From positions 23,872,001-23,936,000 of the forward strand of contig NC_087437.1 in the NCBI RefSeq assembly GCF_036321535.1: 64,000 nt of DNA, written 5' to 3'. Below are positions 36,577 to 49,910 of this stretch, piece after piece (within the stretch, counting starts at the first letter, position 1; the number at the start of each line of letters is the position of its first letter). The notes beneath the pieces are model-generated. The model did no database searches. It was given only the letters and a program-made list of their open reading frames with translations, and was not told where the DNA came from. The translations under genes were made by a program, and so were the position numbers. This stretch comes from Camelus dromedarius (Eukaryota).

Positions 36577-37110
36577 TTTTTTTAATTGAAGTATAGTTGA
36601 CATACAGTGTTGTGTTAGTTTCTGGTGTACAGCATAGTGATTCAGTTATATATATATGTATATACTTCCTTTTCATATTCTTTTTCAATATAGGTTATTA
36701 TAAGATATTAAATATAGTTCCCTGTGCTATACAGTAGGACCTTGTTGTTTATCTATTTTATATCTAGTAGTTAGTATCTGCAAATCCTGAGAACTCCCAG
36801 TTTATCCCTCCCTACCCCCTTTCCCCTCTGAACCATGATTTTGTTTTCTATCAGTTTCTGTTTAGAAAATAACTTCATTTGTGTCATTCTTTTTAGATTC
36901 CACATATAAGAGATATCATATGGTATTTTTCTTTCTCTTTCTGGCTTATTTCACTTAGCATATAATCTCTCAGTCCATCCATGTTGCTGAAAATGGCATT
37001 ATTTCATTCTTTTTTATGGCTGAGTAGTATTCCATTATGTATACATACCACATCTTCTCAATATTGCTAATTATCAGAGAAATGCAAATGAAAACTACAA
37101 TGAGATATCA
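36577..37110 (-). mobile_element. L1 3' end (5'-truncated) with a short inverted ORF2 segment at 37057-37110
   Basis: Poly-T then attgaagtatagttga...tgtgctatacagtaggacc...tggctgagtagtattcca; then sense-strand ORF2 motif ctaattatcagagaaatgcaaatgaaaactacaatgagatatca. Confidence 0.8.
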
Positions 37111-40100
37111 TTCAATATTTGATTTGAGTTTCCTTAATTCTGAAACTGTCTTTTTAGTTTGTGCACAAAAACCTTTTACTAATGACTACTTTGGTGATTA
37201 ATTGGTTTTACTTCTGTTGTTTTTGTATAGCCAAAGTAAACTTGGATTCCCTTCTTAACAGGATGTTCAAATTCACCTTTTTCTTTCCTTTCAATTCTAT
37301 TCCTTTTCCTTCCCCTCTGTCCTCTCACATCTTTCTTCCCTATTTTCTTTCTTGGTATTTTTTTGTTTTTTAAAATTTGTGAGAAATTTTTCTCAATTTA
37401 TCTTTCATGCCCAAACTTAATTTAAAACTTTTGCTATTATGATTCAAGGAATTAAAAAAAAATTTTGCTATTATGTTTTCAACTTCTGCCCCGCCATCCT
37501 AAATGTTCTTCCTTATAGTTTCCCATTCTTGTTTTACAGATTATATTTATGTCTCAGAGGATATTAATTATGGGTGTGGGAATTTTTCTCTGTTTTTTTC
37601 AGCAATGCCTCTTCTTTTTTCCCAGTTTTGCTTTCCTTTTTGTTTGTTTTTGTCTCTCTTGTCTGAAGCCTTCCTTAAGTGTCTGATGATTCTTAGATAA
37701 CCCACTTATATATATGCCAGAGGCAGTAAAAATAGCAGATTTCAGTGGCAGGCCTTGTTGATTTGTTTGCCTCACTGTCTGGTTAATGGGTTGAAAGCTG
37801 CATTTGTTTTCTTTCAGGTACCCCAAAAATCTAGTTTTTTCCCTTTGACTATTCAGTTTCTCCAGGGAACAATTTTCTCACCATCTGCATGGAAGTTGTT
37901 GTGAAACTATTGTACCATTCTTGCTTATTGGATGATAGAAAGTAATTGGAGGGCTCACTTTTATATGAGAGAGAGAGCCTGAGAGAGGGAAGAAAGAATG
38001 AGACTGAAAGAGAAAAGTGAACTTGGCCTGGAGGTGCAGTAGAGCTGCCCCATCTGCCAGGTCTACTACCAGCCCATGGCCCTTGGCAGCTACGGGTACA
38101 CGTTCTATGGAAAGTAACTCCAACCATGCCTACACGTGCAGCCTCCTTTGTACTCCCACCCCCAAAAAGAAAAATATACTTGGACATTTTACTAGGAGAG
38201 GTACACAGGTTTACCTTGTTCACTAAAAAAGGAGGTAACCATTGCAGCCAGGGTTGGACTCACCAACAGACCAAGCTACCTAGTACCTAGTTAAGTGGTT
38301 ACCAACCTCTTTATGCAAGGGACAGATAAAAGTGGCTAAAAACCAACTTCCATGCAGTGTCTAGTCATTGAAATCACAGCCAGTAGAGCTGCCCAGAAAC
38401 ACACCCTCAGTCAAACAGTGCTGAGCTGGCACTACTGATTGAAATCCTCTCCTCTCCTAGGACAGGTATGTCTAGTACAAGCCTTTATCATCCGTCTACC
38501 AGGCTCAGGGTTATTTAAAAATGAAAACAGCCATAGAATCTCTCTCCAGCATCTGGCTAGCATAGCAGGATTCTGAGAGAGCTGTTCTTTCACAAACACC
38601 CTCACTCTGTACTGCGTACTCCTACAAGTCCTTTCGTCTGGGTGTAAGGAAAACACACGTAACACATGTTGTCCACTCTAAAAGGATCTTCTCAGATGCT
38701 AGTGTTTGACCTAACTAACTGGATAGAGAGAGAGATGATATAAAGCTGTAGATTTGTGAAAGGGCAACAATTAAATTATTAGTTCTAGGATGACTGTGGT
38801 TTCTACTGCTACCATTATTATTATGACTGCTTCTACTAACAACTTTGATAGTTCAGAGTTCTTATCTTAATTACATACAATGAAATTAGAAATGTCATTT
38901 TTTTCACACTGTTGAGGCCAAAAAATTATAGAGGAAAACGCTGATGAAATTTAAATGAGCCTTTTCAAAAAATTAGAAAACTGAAAAAACGGAGAATTTG
39001 CAAGGAGACTTATATTTCACATATTATTAAAATCATACTCTAGTGTGTCAGAACAGAGCTTTTTTCATTGTCTTCCAACATATAAAAATTTTATCAGCTC
39101 TGTATGAGATGAATGCTGGGTTGCTAGAATAATTTTTTGAGGATTAAGGATTAGTTAATTAAAATATAGCTAACTCTTTGTCCTTCATAAGCTTAATGGC
39201 AGAATAACATGGAATAAAATGATTTACTAGAAATCAGTGATTTTTTTTTAAAAAAACTCCCCAAGTAATCTTTTCTGGGGATGTGCCTGAATGTTCTTCA
39301 TAATGCAACAGAAACAAAGGTGCTAATATTTATCTTTAACGACTTCACACTAAGTCTGGGGAGGATATGTTTAAGAGGCAAGTCTGCCATCATTTTCTTC
39401 CCTGTTTACCATCTCGGCCCTCAGGAAAGGAGGTGACCTGAGGTCAAATCTCCTTGGAAGTATATTGATGACAAGTCCAGTGCTGTTTGCTAGTGGGAGA
39501 GTCCTTATCTATGCAAAGCTTACCGTAGGATGGAGCTGGTTCGTCTAGGATCTGCACTGTGAGAAAATGTAGAATTTGTGGATTTAGGGGGCACATTTCC
39601 CTGGAAAATGTCAAACAAGCTATGTAACTATTTGGGTATAAAATGGAGATGTTTCAAACCAAACAACTCCATTCTGTTAAGTAATGTAGCGGCATAAATC
39701 ACCTAGCAGTCTGTCATGTTATTTTTGGCCAGAGTGTGGCCTGAAGGGGCAGCAAAGAGCCCAGGGAGTTGTGTCAGGGTTCCTGGCCCTCTTTCTGCTT
39801 TACCTCTGGTGGAGACTGGACTTTTTGTATCTTGAAAATTTCTAGTCAAGTTTGATACTGGGTAAGATCTCTTATTTGTATGGGTCTGATTTTACATTTG
39901 GATTCTTCCTGTTATCTCACTTATTATTTAGTAACATTACAGTTAGTAACTATGTATTTGTAGTTTTAATGAACATAGTCTGTCACCTGACTACTATAGT
40001 CCAACTTTTACCACTGAAGAGGAACAAGTAAGTAAGTTAATTTAGGTTGAGCTGGTGTGTTTTGAGAGATATCTGAATATCTAGGTAAATTTTTACTTGT

Positions 40101-40760
40101 GGGACTTGGAACAGAGCAGCGCCGGTATCCGCCCAGGTCCCCTCCTGTTGACTGGATCCTGGGGGTTCCCGCGTTTCTCTAGGCCTACCTCCTCTGTCTT
40201 AGGAATGCTCAATAAGGAGGCCCACTGAGGATGAAAGGTGACATCTAGGGAATGAGGGAAGCTTCTCCAAGGAGATCTCAGTCTGCCTGACTAGGATTGT
40301 TGGACAGTAAAGTGGCTCAGAATTAATTCAGATAATGAGGTTCTTTGGAAGGGAGATATCTCCAACCTAGCAGCTCAGCTTTGCTCTTGTTTTACTATGG
40401 AAAGTAGCCATGATTCTAATGTGTAAGTTTCTCAGTTTAGTTGAGTTTACAGGATGTGTTTGTTTGAAAGGCTCATTCTGCGGCAAAATATAAGAAGTCC
40501 TCTTTCATTATGCCCGTCAGGGAAAAGAATCTCTATATGAGATAAATGTAGTCTACCACTTCGGCACAGCTACCTTGCCTTTTCCTTAGCCACCTAGTGT
40601 AGGTCACACAGGAAATGAAAGGAAAGGATGAGGACAGATCCGTCAGTAGACGCCTTCATCTTTTATGGCTCCCAGAAACTAGGTGGCATCATTAGTACTT
40701 CTCCACCCTCATTCTCAAAAAGAAAAATTTTTCTAAGTTGATGACCTCATGCCTGAATGG

Positions 40761-40762
<2 letters not shown>

Positions 40763-40792
<30 letters not shown>
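40763..40792. repeat. (CA)n microsatellite
   Basis: Direct read. Confidence 0.95.
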
Positions 40793-40795
<3 letters not shown>

Positions 40796-41371
40796 TGCAC
40801 ACACAAATATATGTATAGATGCATGTATGTTCACAGCTACATTCATTGACCTAATTGGCCAATGGACTACGCCAAAGTCTCACACTCCTTAACATTCACT
40901 ACTAGTTGTTCACATATGTCTAAATATGGTGCGTGAACATTGCTGACTTGGTGCTGACTCGAGGGTGAAAACTCTGCAGGGAAGATAGTGTACTCCAGCA
41001 CCACCTCTCTGCCTCGGTTTCCTCATATTTTGTCTCATCTCTTAAGTGGAGATAATATTATAAAGATACTAGAGTCAGAGTAGTTACTATAGAGTGCTTG
41101 GTAGGTTCCCTAATACATAGTAACTCTTTCTCATTTTTGTTAGGCCCTATTTTGGAATGAGAATTTTCCCATTAAATGAGCCATGTATATAGTGGGCGAA
41201 AGTACAGCAAACTAGACAAACCAGGGGGTAAATGTATCACCTTGGAAAGATGAACACAATGCACTAACCAGCCACATTCCTTACATGTAACTTGAATTAT
41301 ACTCCCTTCAATCTTTATTTGCTTTGACATCAATCTTAGCAATATTTTTTTATCTCTCTCCTCAGGCGAGG

Positions 41372-42517
41372 ACAACAGAAGAAAAAATAAATGATACTAT
41401 GTCATACTAGAAAGCTTTTGCATAGAGAAGGAAATTACTAAAAAGAAAAAAAGGCAACATACTATGAGAGAAAATATTTGCAAATGATGTATCTGATCAG
41501 GGGTTAATATTCAAAATATATAAAGAACTCATACATTTTAATATTAAAAAAAACCCATAACAATCTGTTTAAAAAATTAGCAGAGGACCTGAGTAGACAT
41601 TTTTCCAAGGAAGATGTACAGATGGCCAACAGACACATGAAAAGATGCTCAACATCACTGATCAGGGAAATCACAAATTAAAACTACAATGAGATGTCAC
41701 CTCGCACTATTGTCAAGAATACAAGAAAAAAAACTTGTTGGCAAGGATTTAGAGAAAAGGGATCCCTCATGCACCGTTGGTGGGATTGTAAATCAATGTA
41801 GCCATTACAGAAATTATATGGAGATTCTTCAAAGAATGAAAACAGAACTTCCGTATGATCTAGTAAATACACTTCTGAATATTTATCTGAAGAAAATGAA
41901 AGCACTAATTCAAAGAAGTATATTCACCCTTATGTTCATTGCAGCAATATTTACAATAGCTAAGATATGGAAGCAACTTAAACTTAAATGTCCATTTGAT
42001 GGGTGAATGAATAAAGAAAATATGGTATCTTTATACAATGGAATATTAGCCAGAAAAAGAAAAAAAAATCTTGCCATTTGTGGTAACATTGATGGACCTA
42101 GAGGCTATTATGCTAAGTGGAATTAAGTCAGACTAGAAAGATAAACACCATATGGTTTCACTTATATGTGGAATCTAAAAAAACAAAGAACAAAACAAAA
42201 CAGAAACATACTCATAGATACAGAGAACAAATTGGTAGCTGCCAGAGAGGGGAGGGTTGGAGGGTGGGAAGAAATAGGTTAAGCGGATTACGAGGTACAA
42301 ACTTCCAGTTATAAAGTAAATAAGCCACTGGGATATAATGTAGAGCACAGGGAACATAGTCAATAATGTTCCAATAACTTTGTATGGTGACATATGGTTA
42401 CTAGACTTATTCGTAATGTATAGAAATGTCAAATCACTATGTTCTACTCCTGAAACTAACGTAATATTGTATGTCAACTATACTTCAATAAAAAAGAGAA
42501 ATTAAAAAATGAAAAAA
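41372..42517 (+). mobile_element. L1 3' portion (ORF2 C-terminus plus 3' UTR, L1MA-like) ending in an A-rich tail
   Basis: ORF 41689..42006 contains L1 ORF2-like MFIAAIFTIAKIWKQ; aataaa plus A-rich tail at ~42487-42517. Confidence 0.9.
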
Positions 42518-45500
42518 TGTAAGAAGTGACTCATAAACAGAAGATAAATAGTTATAATGTACAATATAGCATGGTAATTTTCATGATAACTATACATTTT
42601 GACATGAAGAGGATGGAGAAAGTAATATAGACTGAGCAAAAATCAGAGGAGGATTTTGAGGCAGAAGCAGTTTTGGCATTCTGTTTGGGTAGGCAGGAAA
42701 ATGTGAAAATGTGCTGGGGTGGGGATGTGTATAAATAAACGTAGGGAGATAGAAGTGCTTAGAGCATAGCTGAATTTGAATCAAGCACATCAACCTCAGA
42801 TTACATAAAATGTAGATATTTTCATGCCTTCTGCTTCAAAATTCAATTTGAAAAGTTTTGTAATGATGTTTTAACTTGTTAACAGATTTCACTGCTTCCC
42901 TCTGTTGTGCGGCTAACAGATGTACAGGTTTGTTTGTTTTTGTGTTTGTGTTTTTGTAATTGTGCACAAATTTATGAAGGGCAGGAATCCAAATCTTCCA
43001 ACAGTGTGGTGATTGTTGATGCCTCCTTAGCCCTCACCACTGTCCCATTTGCTATTTGAATAGCTGAAGTGTTCCATCCTGCAAAAGGATTTACATTTTG
43101 GCATTCTCTGGAAGTCACAACCAGGCATAAAGCATTGAGTGATGCACCCGTGTAAAACTTTTTGCATTCATAAATGCACATAGTAAACCCTATGTTATTG
43201 GAAGAAATCTAATGTGCACCTCTAATTTACTCTAATGTATATATCAGGAACAAAACTATATTTTACTTCCCACAATAGACAGTCATAAAACTTTGTAGTA
43301 TAGTGTTTACTTTGAGAATCAATCACCATATCTCTTTCTATAATTATTTAATACACATTTTTAATCCATTATGCTTTATTCCTGTTATTAATTTTTATAA
43401 AATGTATGTTAATGACAATATAAAGCAATACAGTAATGCTTTTATACATTTGACTCATATATAGTTGCATAGTCCATTCATAATAGTTATTAAAGACTGT
43501 AGGTAAGTAGAAACAGTACATATGTTTAAAATTTAAAAATGGTAAAAAAAAAACTAGGTAAAGAACATATTAATTTCCTGTAGGTTGAAAAGTTTTTATA
43601 ATACGCTTATTTGTTAGGATTCTGCATTTGTTTCAGAGATAGTAACATTAAAATCTAAGAGAGGAACTAGCAGTTTGTCAATTGTTTATATGGATTATTT
43701 ATAGGGATTTTGCATTTATAATTTTATTCTTTTATAGTTCTATGAAATAATACAGAAAAGGAATTAAACGCTTTTATTTTATTTTTATGTGCAAATGTGG
43801 CTCTTAATTCTTATGCCAAAGTACACAGGAATGACAGACACGTTTATTAAAGACATGTAAATTAAGCATTCAGTAAGTGATTGTATATTTTGTTTATGTA
43901 TAAGCCTTTGCTTACTTTTTCTCTTTTTGGTTAATGATAACTTTATTGCTATTATTTGCCTTCATCTAAGAATGAAAGATTTACTATTTAAAATTTGCTA
44001 ATTATGCTACTTATTAGTACTTCTAATAAATATTTCCTGGAAAGGGAGCTAAAAAATCTTAGTACAAATAGAAAATTCGGGTTTTTCCAGATTATGACAC
44101 TAAACCACAGGGGTTCCAGGAATGTAGTAATATGTTAAAATAACAAGAGCTCTTACTTTTATTTGGTTTTTCACAGCCTGCTGTTTTTCATTGGATGTAT
44201 TAATTTTGCAAATTCCTCAGTATACACTGGTTTTGTTTTTAGAGTTCTCTTCTGTTCCCTGGCTTTCATTTGTTTCTCTTTGGTCAGCAATTTTTTTGTT
44301 TATTTAGTCTTTTGTTTCTCCATATATTTGGCAATCCTCAGTTCATTCATATTTGAGAACAGAAGACCAGTAACCGTTGTCATGTGCCTCTGCTAGCTCT
44401 CTCCCACGTGTAAGACTAGGGTTAGGTGCTCCAGTATGAACTGTATGGACACCTTTAGGGTGAGAAGATGGGGAAACCACTGTTTGGATGCTAAAATGGG
44501 GAGAGCTTCACTCCGTGGTACTGGAAGCCATACAACTACATTAGAAACCTTATGCTCATGCAGTTAGTTAAATTCTTTAAGAGTGCTATTAAGATGCCTG
44601 GGAGCATAAAGTTGGGCTGTATATTGTTCTGTGCGTGTGGAGAAAAAGGAGGGGTTGGAAAGAGGTCAGGATAGGGAACTTAACTAGCATAATATTTCAG
44701 AAGACAGACTTTTAATTAACCCTGTTTTTAAACATTCTTCCTACTCCCACCTTGCATGACGCTGCTGTCTGTGATCCAGGGACCTCCCTGGAATTAAGGG
44801 CTTTTCTCCACTGTCCATTGTTCACGTGTACTGGAATGCCTTTTGCTGGCTCTGTTTTACCCATTAGTATCTTCTTTACTATAATTTTATTAGAGGTTTA
44901 GGAGAAAAGGGAGATAAATTCTTATTTTTAGTTGTTTTGCACTGAAAGAGACATTTTGAGACACCCTCTTTAAAAAGCCAATCTATCAGTTCTATGGAAA
45001 ATGGATTGTAGGAAGGAGGGGTTTGTGCCAGGGACCTAAGTTAGCACGTTCAGAAATAAGATCATGTGATAGTAGAAATGGAGATGAAGAGAGAAAACTG
45101 AAAGATAAAAAAAGAATAGAATTTATAGCATTTGGTGACTAATTAGTTCAACACTGGCAGTCGTAAATACACAGGAAGAAATAATATCTTCCTTTTGTGT
45201 GATCAATAAACATTATTTTAATATAAAAATAATATGTAAAACTCCAGGCCACATGTCTCTTCAGAATTGCTTTCTAACTGTATAATTAGGGTGTAAGTAA
45301 TTAAAATTTGATCTACTGACTTTAATTGATACATTATATTTTCCAAAATCTGATATGGTGCCATGATGTCTGGATTTAGATGTAAACACTGTGGAACAAT
45401 TCACTGAAAAGTTGGAAGCCAGAATTCTACAGCTAGTTCTTCTCTGTTCCTTTTCTCTTACTATCACTCTGTAAAATAGTATTTGAGGTTCATCCTTTTA

Positions 45501-47887
45501 GCTCAGATTAATCAATGTCTATGCTCTTGATTCTGGAAGAAGTATCCCACTTTTATCAGAATAACAGGTTTATCCACCTGATTTTTTTGTGTGTTGTTTT
45601 TGGCATATTATTCTATGGGCTTGCTTATGTAATCTCCCATAATGATTCTGCAGCATAACACTCCCTGCTCAATTAAGACCTGACATTACCATCCTCTTCC
45701 AGATCCTTGTGATTGCGGATATTTGCTGTCTATATTAATTCCAAGTTTTTTAGTTACTTAAAAACATTCTTCACTCATTTCCTCTATTTCTTTCTTTTCA
45801 TCATGCCCACACTAAATTAAGACCCTTAACAAAATGCATTTAATACTACCTTCTCTAAGACCTAACAATATTTGAAGGCCTAAATCCAAAGAAAATAACT
45901 AAATCATGTCTTACAAAAAAGAAACTCAATGTAGCATTGAACGTGGTTAATCAGTACGCCCCTCATAGAAATGTTCACTCTCTTAGTTGCTGTAGCATTG
46001 TTCTGTGTTGTCCTTCCCACTGGTCTCTAAGTAGTTCAGCTCTGTCTTTTGTGGACAATTCTTCCTCTTCGAAGTTTTAAACCATGGTGTTCCCAAGGCT
46101 TCCTTCTGCTTCTGACTCTTTTCTCTTTTCATGCAATGTATTTTCAGTAGGTTAAGTTGTGTTCTCATGGCTTCAATTCTCAGATTTAAACGTTTGAGCT
46201 GAAGCTCTCTCCTGAGAGTACCTGCCAATTTCCTTCACTTTGATGTTTCATATGAATCTTGAAAGCAGTCCACTAAGCGATGAACTTCCCTTGCCAATTT
46301 AACTTCTGACTGCATTTCTTATGTGGGCAGAAAATAGGCTAGTAATAAAAAAGATTAAATGTGTATTAATGATAAATTAGATACCAGGTGACTTCGGAAT
46401 GCAAATTTTGTCCTATTTAGTATTTTGACAAAAGGATATTCATCCTTTCCCATCTTGAGTACTCAGTGTCCATTGATACAATCTTAAATTTGACTGCTAC
46501 TGAATTATGTGAAGGGGAATATTAACAGGCTAGAATTTAAATATGTTGGGTAGTATCATAGATCCCAGGAAATCTGGTACATGGACTGGACATTATGGCA
46601 AACAAATCAATGGAAAAAATAGGAATAGATACACATAAAGGATGGGCTTGTTTAGAACACCATTGAAAGGAGAAGTTTGGAAATAGTCATAAGAAAAAAA
46701 AGTTCTTATTTTTCTTAATTTTATCATTAATATTTTTTCTATGAATTTAAGAATATGTCACAAATTTTCCCTATGAGGCAAATCTGAATAATTGTGTTTA
46801 AAGATAGTTTCACTTTACCCATTGTATGTGGGGGAGGGGTTGTGTGTATGTGTGGTGTGTGTGTATAGGTATGCACTGGGTTTATTCAGACATTTCAGAA
46901 GTACATAAAATAATAATTCCCTCATTATGCCTTCCCAACCCTGAAATAATCACTATTAAATTTTTGAAATGTATTCTTCCCAATTTGTTAATTTAAGAAT
47001 ATCTTATTGTATATAATTACTATTTTTTTACAAAAAAAGAATCATAGTTCTGCATAATTATGCTAAGTAACTTGCTTTTCCTCTACTTTGAATATTAGAA
47101 ATATTTTCCATCCTCCTTTGCTATCTTTTGCCCCCATCTCCTGTCCCCCATCTAAATGGATATCAGTCTATCTAATTTTAAGAAAGAAAATTCCCTTCTA
47201 TTTGTGAACAATTATTTATAAACTAATCTGTCATTTGTGAACAATTAGCATATCTCCATTCATTTTTATTGTGAATGTTTAAACAGTTTTGCAACTAGCA
47301 CCATGTCTGTATCTGTGAGAACTTTTTTGGTTATTTAAAATATATTCCAAGAAAACCAAGTTGCTAGCTCAACTAAAACGTACATTTAACATTTTTTACA
47401 CTTGATGCCAAAATTTCCTCCTGATTGATATCAATTTACTCTTCTACCAAGAGTGTGTAAAAAGTGCTGCTTCCTGAGCACTTGGTAACAATGAGTAACT
47501 TAAACTTTTGAATCTTTTCTAATCTGATTCATTTCTTTAATAGATGTACTTGAACATAATTTTATTTTTTACTGGCCCCTAATATTTTAAATGAATTTTA
47601 TGTTCATTGTTATGCCTCTTTTCTTTTAAAATATTTGGCTCATATACTGGTAGAAGCACTTTCCTCATTATAAATTAGCACTATCTGTGTCTTGTTTTAT
47701 GTTGCAACTTTTTTTCCTTTGTCTTAATTCCTGTTGTGTTTTGCAAAACAGAAACTCTTAATCTTCTAAAATTTTATGGTTTTATTTTTATATCTAAATT
47801 TCTGTTTATATGTGACTTTAAATCATATTTTAATTTTCTAAATTATTATATCATATAGCCATATTTTCAGCTTCATATTACAGTCTA

Positions 47888-48454
47888 TTTATTTTTCTTT
47901 TTTTAAACTTTTTTTATTGAGTTATAGTCATTTTACAATGTTGTGTCAAATTCCAGTGTACAGCACAATTTTTAAGTTACACATGAACATACATATATTC
48001 ATTGTCACATTTTTTTTTCGCTGTGAGCTACCACAAGATCTTGTATATATTTCCCTGTGCCATACAGTACAATCTTGTTTATTCAACATTTTGAACTCCC
48101 AGTCTGTCCCTTCCCACCTCCCGCCCCCTTGGCAACCCAAGGTTTGTATTCTATGTCTATGAGTCTGTTTCTATTTTGTATTTATGTTTTGTTTTGTTTT
48201 TTTTAGATTCCACATATGAGCAATCTCATATGGTATTTTTCTTTCTCTTTCTGGCTTACTTCACTTAGAATGACATTCTCCAGGAACATACATGTTGCTA
48301 TGCATACATAATGCAAATGGCATTATGTTGTTGGTTTTTATGGCTGAATAGTATTGCATTGAATAAAGATACCACAACTTCTTTATCCAGTCATCTGTTG
48401 ATGGACATTTAGGGTGTTTCCATGTCTTGGCTATTGTAAATAGTGCTGCTATGA
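47888..48454 (-). mobile_element. Lineage-specific (camelid-type) L1 3' end with 16-bp TSD
   Basis: Poly-T then attgagttatagtcattttacaatgttgtgtcaaattccagtgtacagc...; TSD ttcatattacagtcta (47872-47887) / ttcatgttacagtcta (48455-48470). Confidence 0.88.
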
Positions 48455-49719
48455 TTCATGTTACAGTCTACTTAAATACTAGTGGCTTAAGCAATCAATG
48501 ATCTCTTAAGCACAATAATAATCTCAATCACTTAATTTTGGAGATAGTTCAGGACAGTTATACGAGCTACATCATATCATCAAAGACCCATATTCCTTCT
48601 ATTATTTGAGTTGCCATTCTTCGAGTATGAGCTTGGTGACTCATTAAAATTAGTGCTGTATTTCCAGGCATCACATCAGGTTCCAAAAAGGAAAAAGTGG
48701 GCAGAAAAATAGCCAACCACATTTGTCTTTGTTAACAGAGAAACAGAGGATTTACTGCGAGCCCTAATAGACTTCCAGTTATCTTTCATTGACAAGATCT
48801 GCATTATGTGGGGATCCCTGGATACAAAGGAGCTGAGAAAACAATTAGTTTTTGAATAGACGTAGGTCCATAAGATAGACCTATATTCTGCCTGTCATGC
48901 TTTTAAACATATATCTGAAAACATTTTATATGTCTTCTATAATTGCATGCGTCTGCTTCTGCTAGAGCAAATAGAAAATTTAACCTTTTGCACTTCTCTC
49001 TCTTCTCTTTCTCTTTTTACCTACAACTCACATGTAATTATCTTTGATTTTACCCAAAAAATGATCATAATTCTGCATACTTCTGCGAAGTACCTTGCTT
49101 TTCCTTTACCTACTATAATATAGATATTTTCTATCCTCTCTGTCCATATATCTATGTATTCTAACGTCTGGCTGACTTACAATCTAACTTTAAGAAGACA
49201 GAATACCATTTTTTGTGTGAACCATATTTATTCATCTATATTCACCATTGCTGAGCATTTTACATATTTATTAATCGTTTTTTAATGTTATGGTAGAAGG
49301 ACCTCAGGATGTGAAGTAAAAAAGTCTTTAATCACAATATTTGGAAGTTGTACCTAGTCATCCACAAACTCTGCACAATTGAAACTATTTTCTTGCGAGG
49401 CCCTGCTCAGGTCATTCATATGTGCGGAGGTGCTTTAAAATACTTTAAAGAATTCTGCCGATATGTAGATGGTACCACCATTGTCACTGTGATTTTGCAG
49501 TCACTCAGTACATTGGAAATACGATTCGAGGGCAGCAGGCTAGGGATACGCAGGAGGATCCCAGAGGGACAGGAGTGTGCTCTAAAGGGCTTACACTACA
49601 GGAAAGTTTATGTAGGTAAACTAGAGACGAATTACTCAAGTTTTTGAATGCCAAATTTGGGATCTGGACTTAAAAAGAAAGTTTATACTATTTTTGTGTT
49701 GAATAGGAAATCGTTTGCA

Positions 49720-49910
49720 ACACTGGTTAAGCATTTGTATTACCAGAAATATTTTTAACACAGAATACATTGGCCCAGGGGACATTTGTAAGGATTTTGA
49801 CTTAATTGTTCTGGAATGAGGCCTGGGGCATTGGTATTTTAAAAAAATCTACCCACACTGGTATTTTTAAAAGTGTGATTTGAACACTCAGCCTGGGTTG
49901 AAAATCACCC
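49720..49910. mobile_element. MER5-type DNA transposon relic
   Basis: ttttgacttaattgttctggaatgaggcctggggcattggtattttaaaa...cagcctgggttgaaaatcac. Confidence 0.5.
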
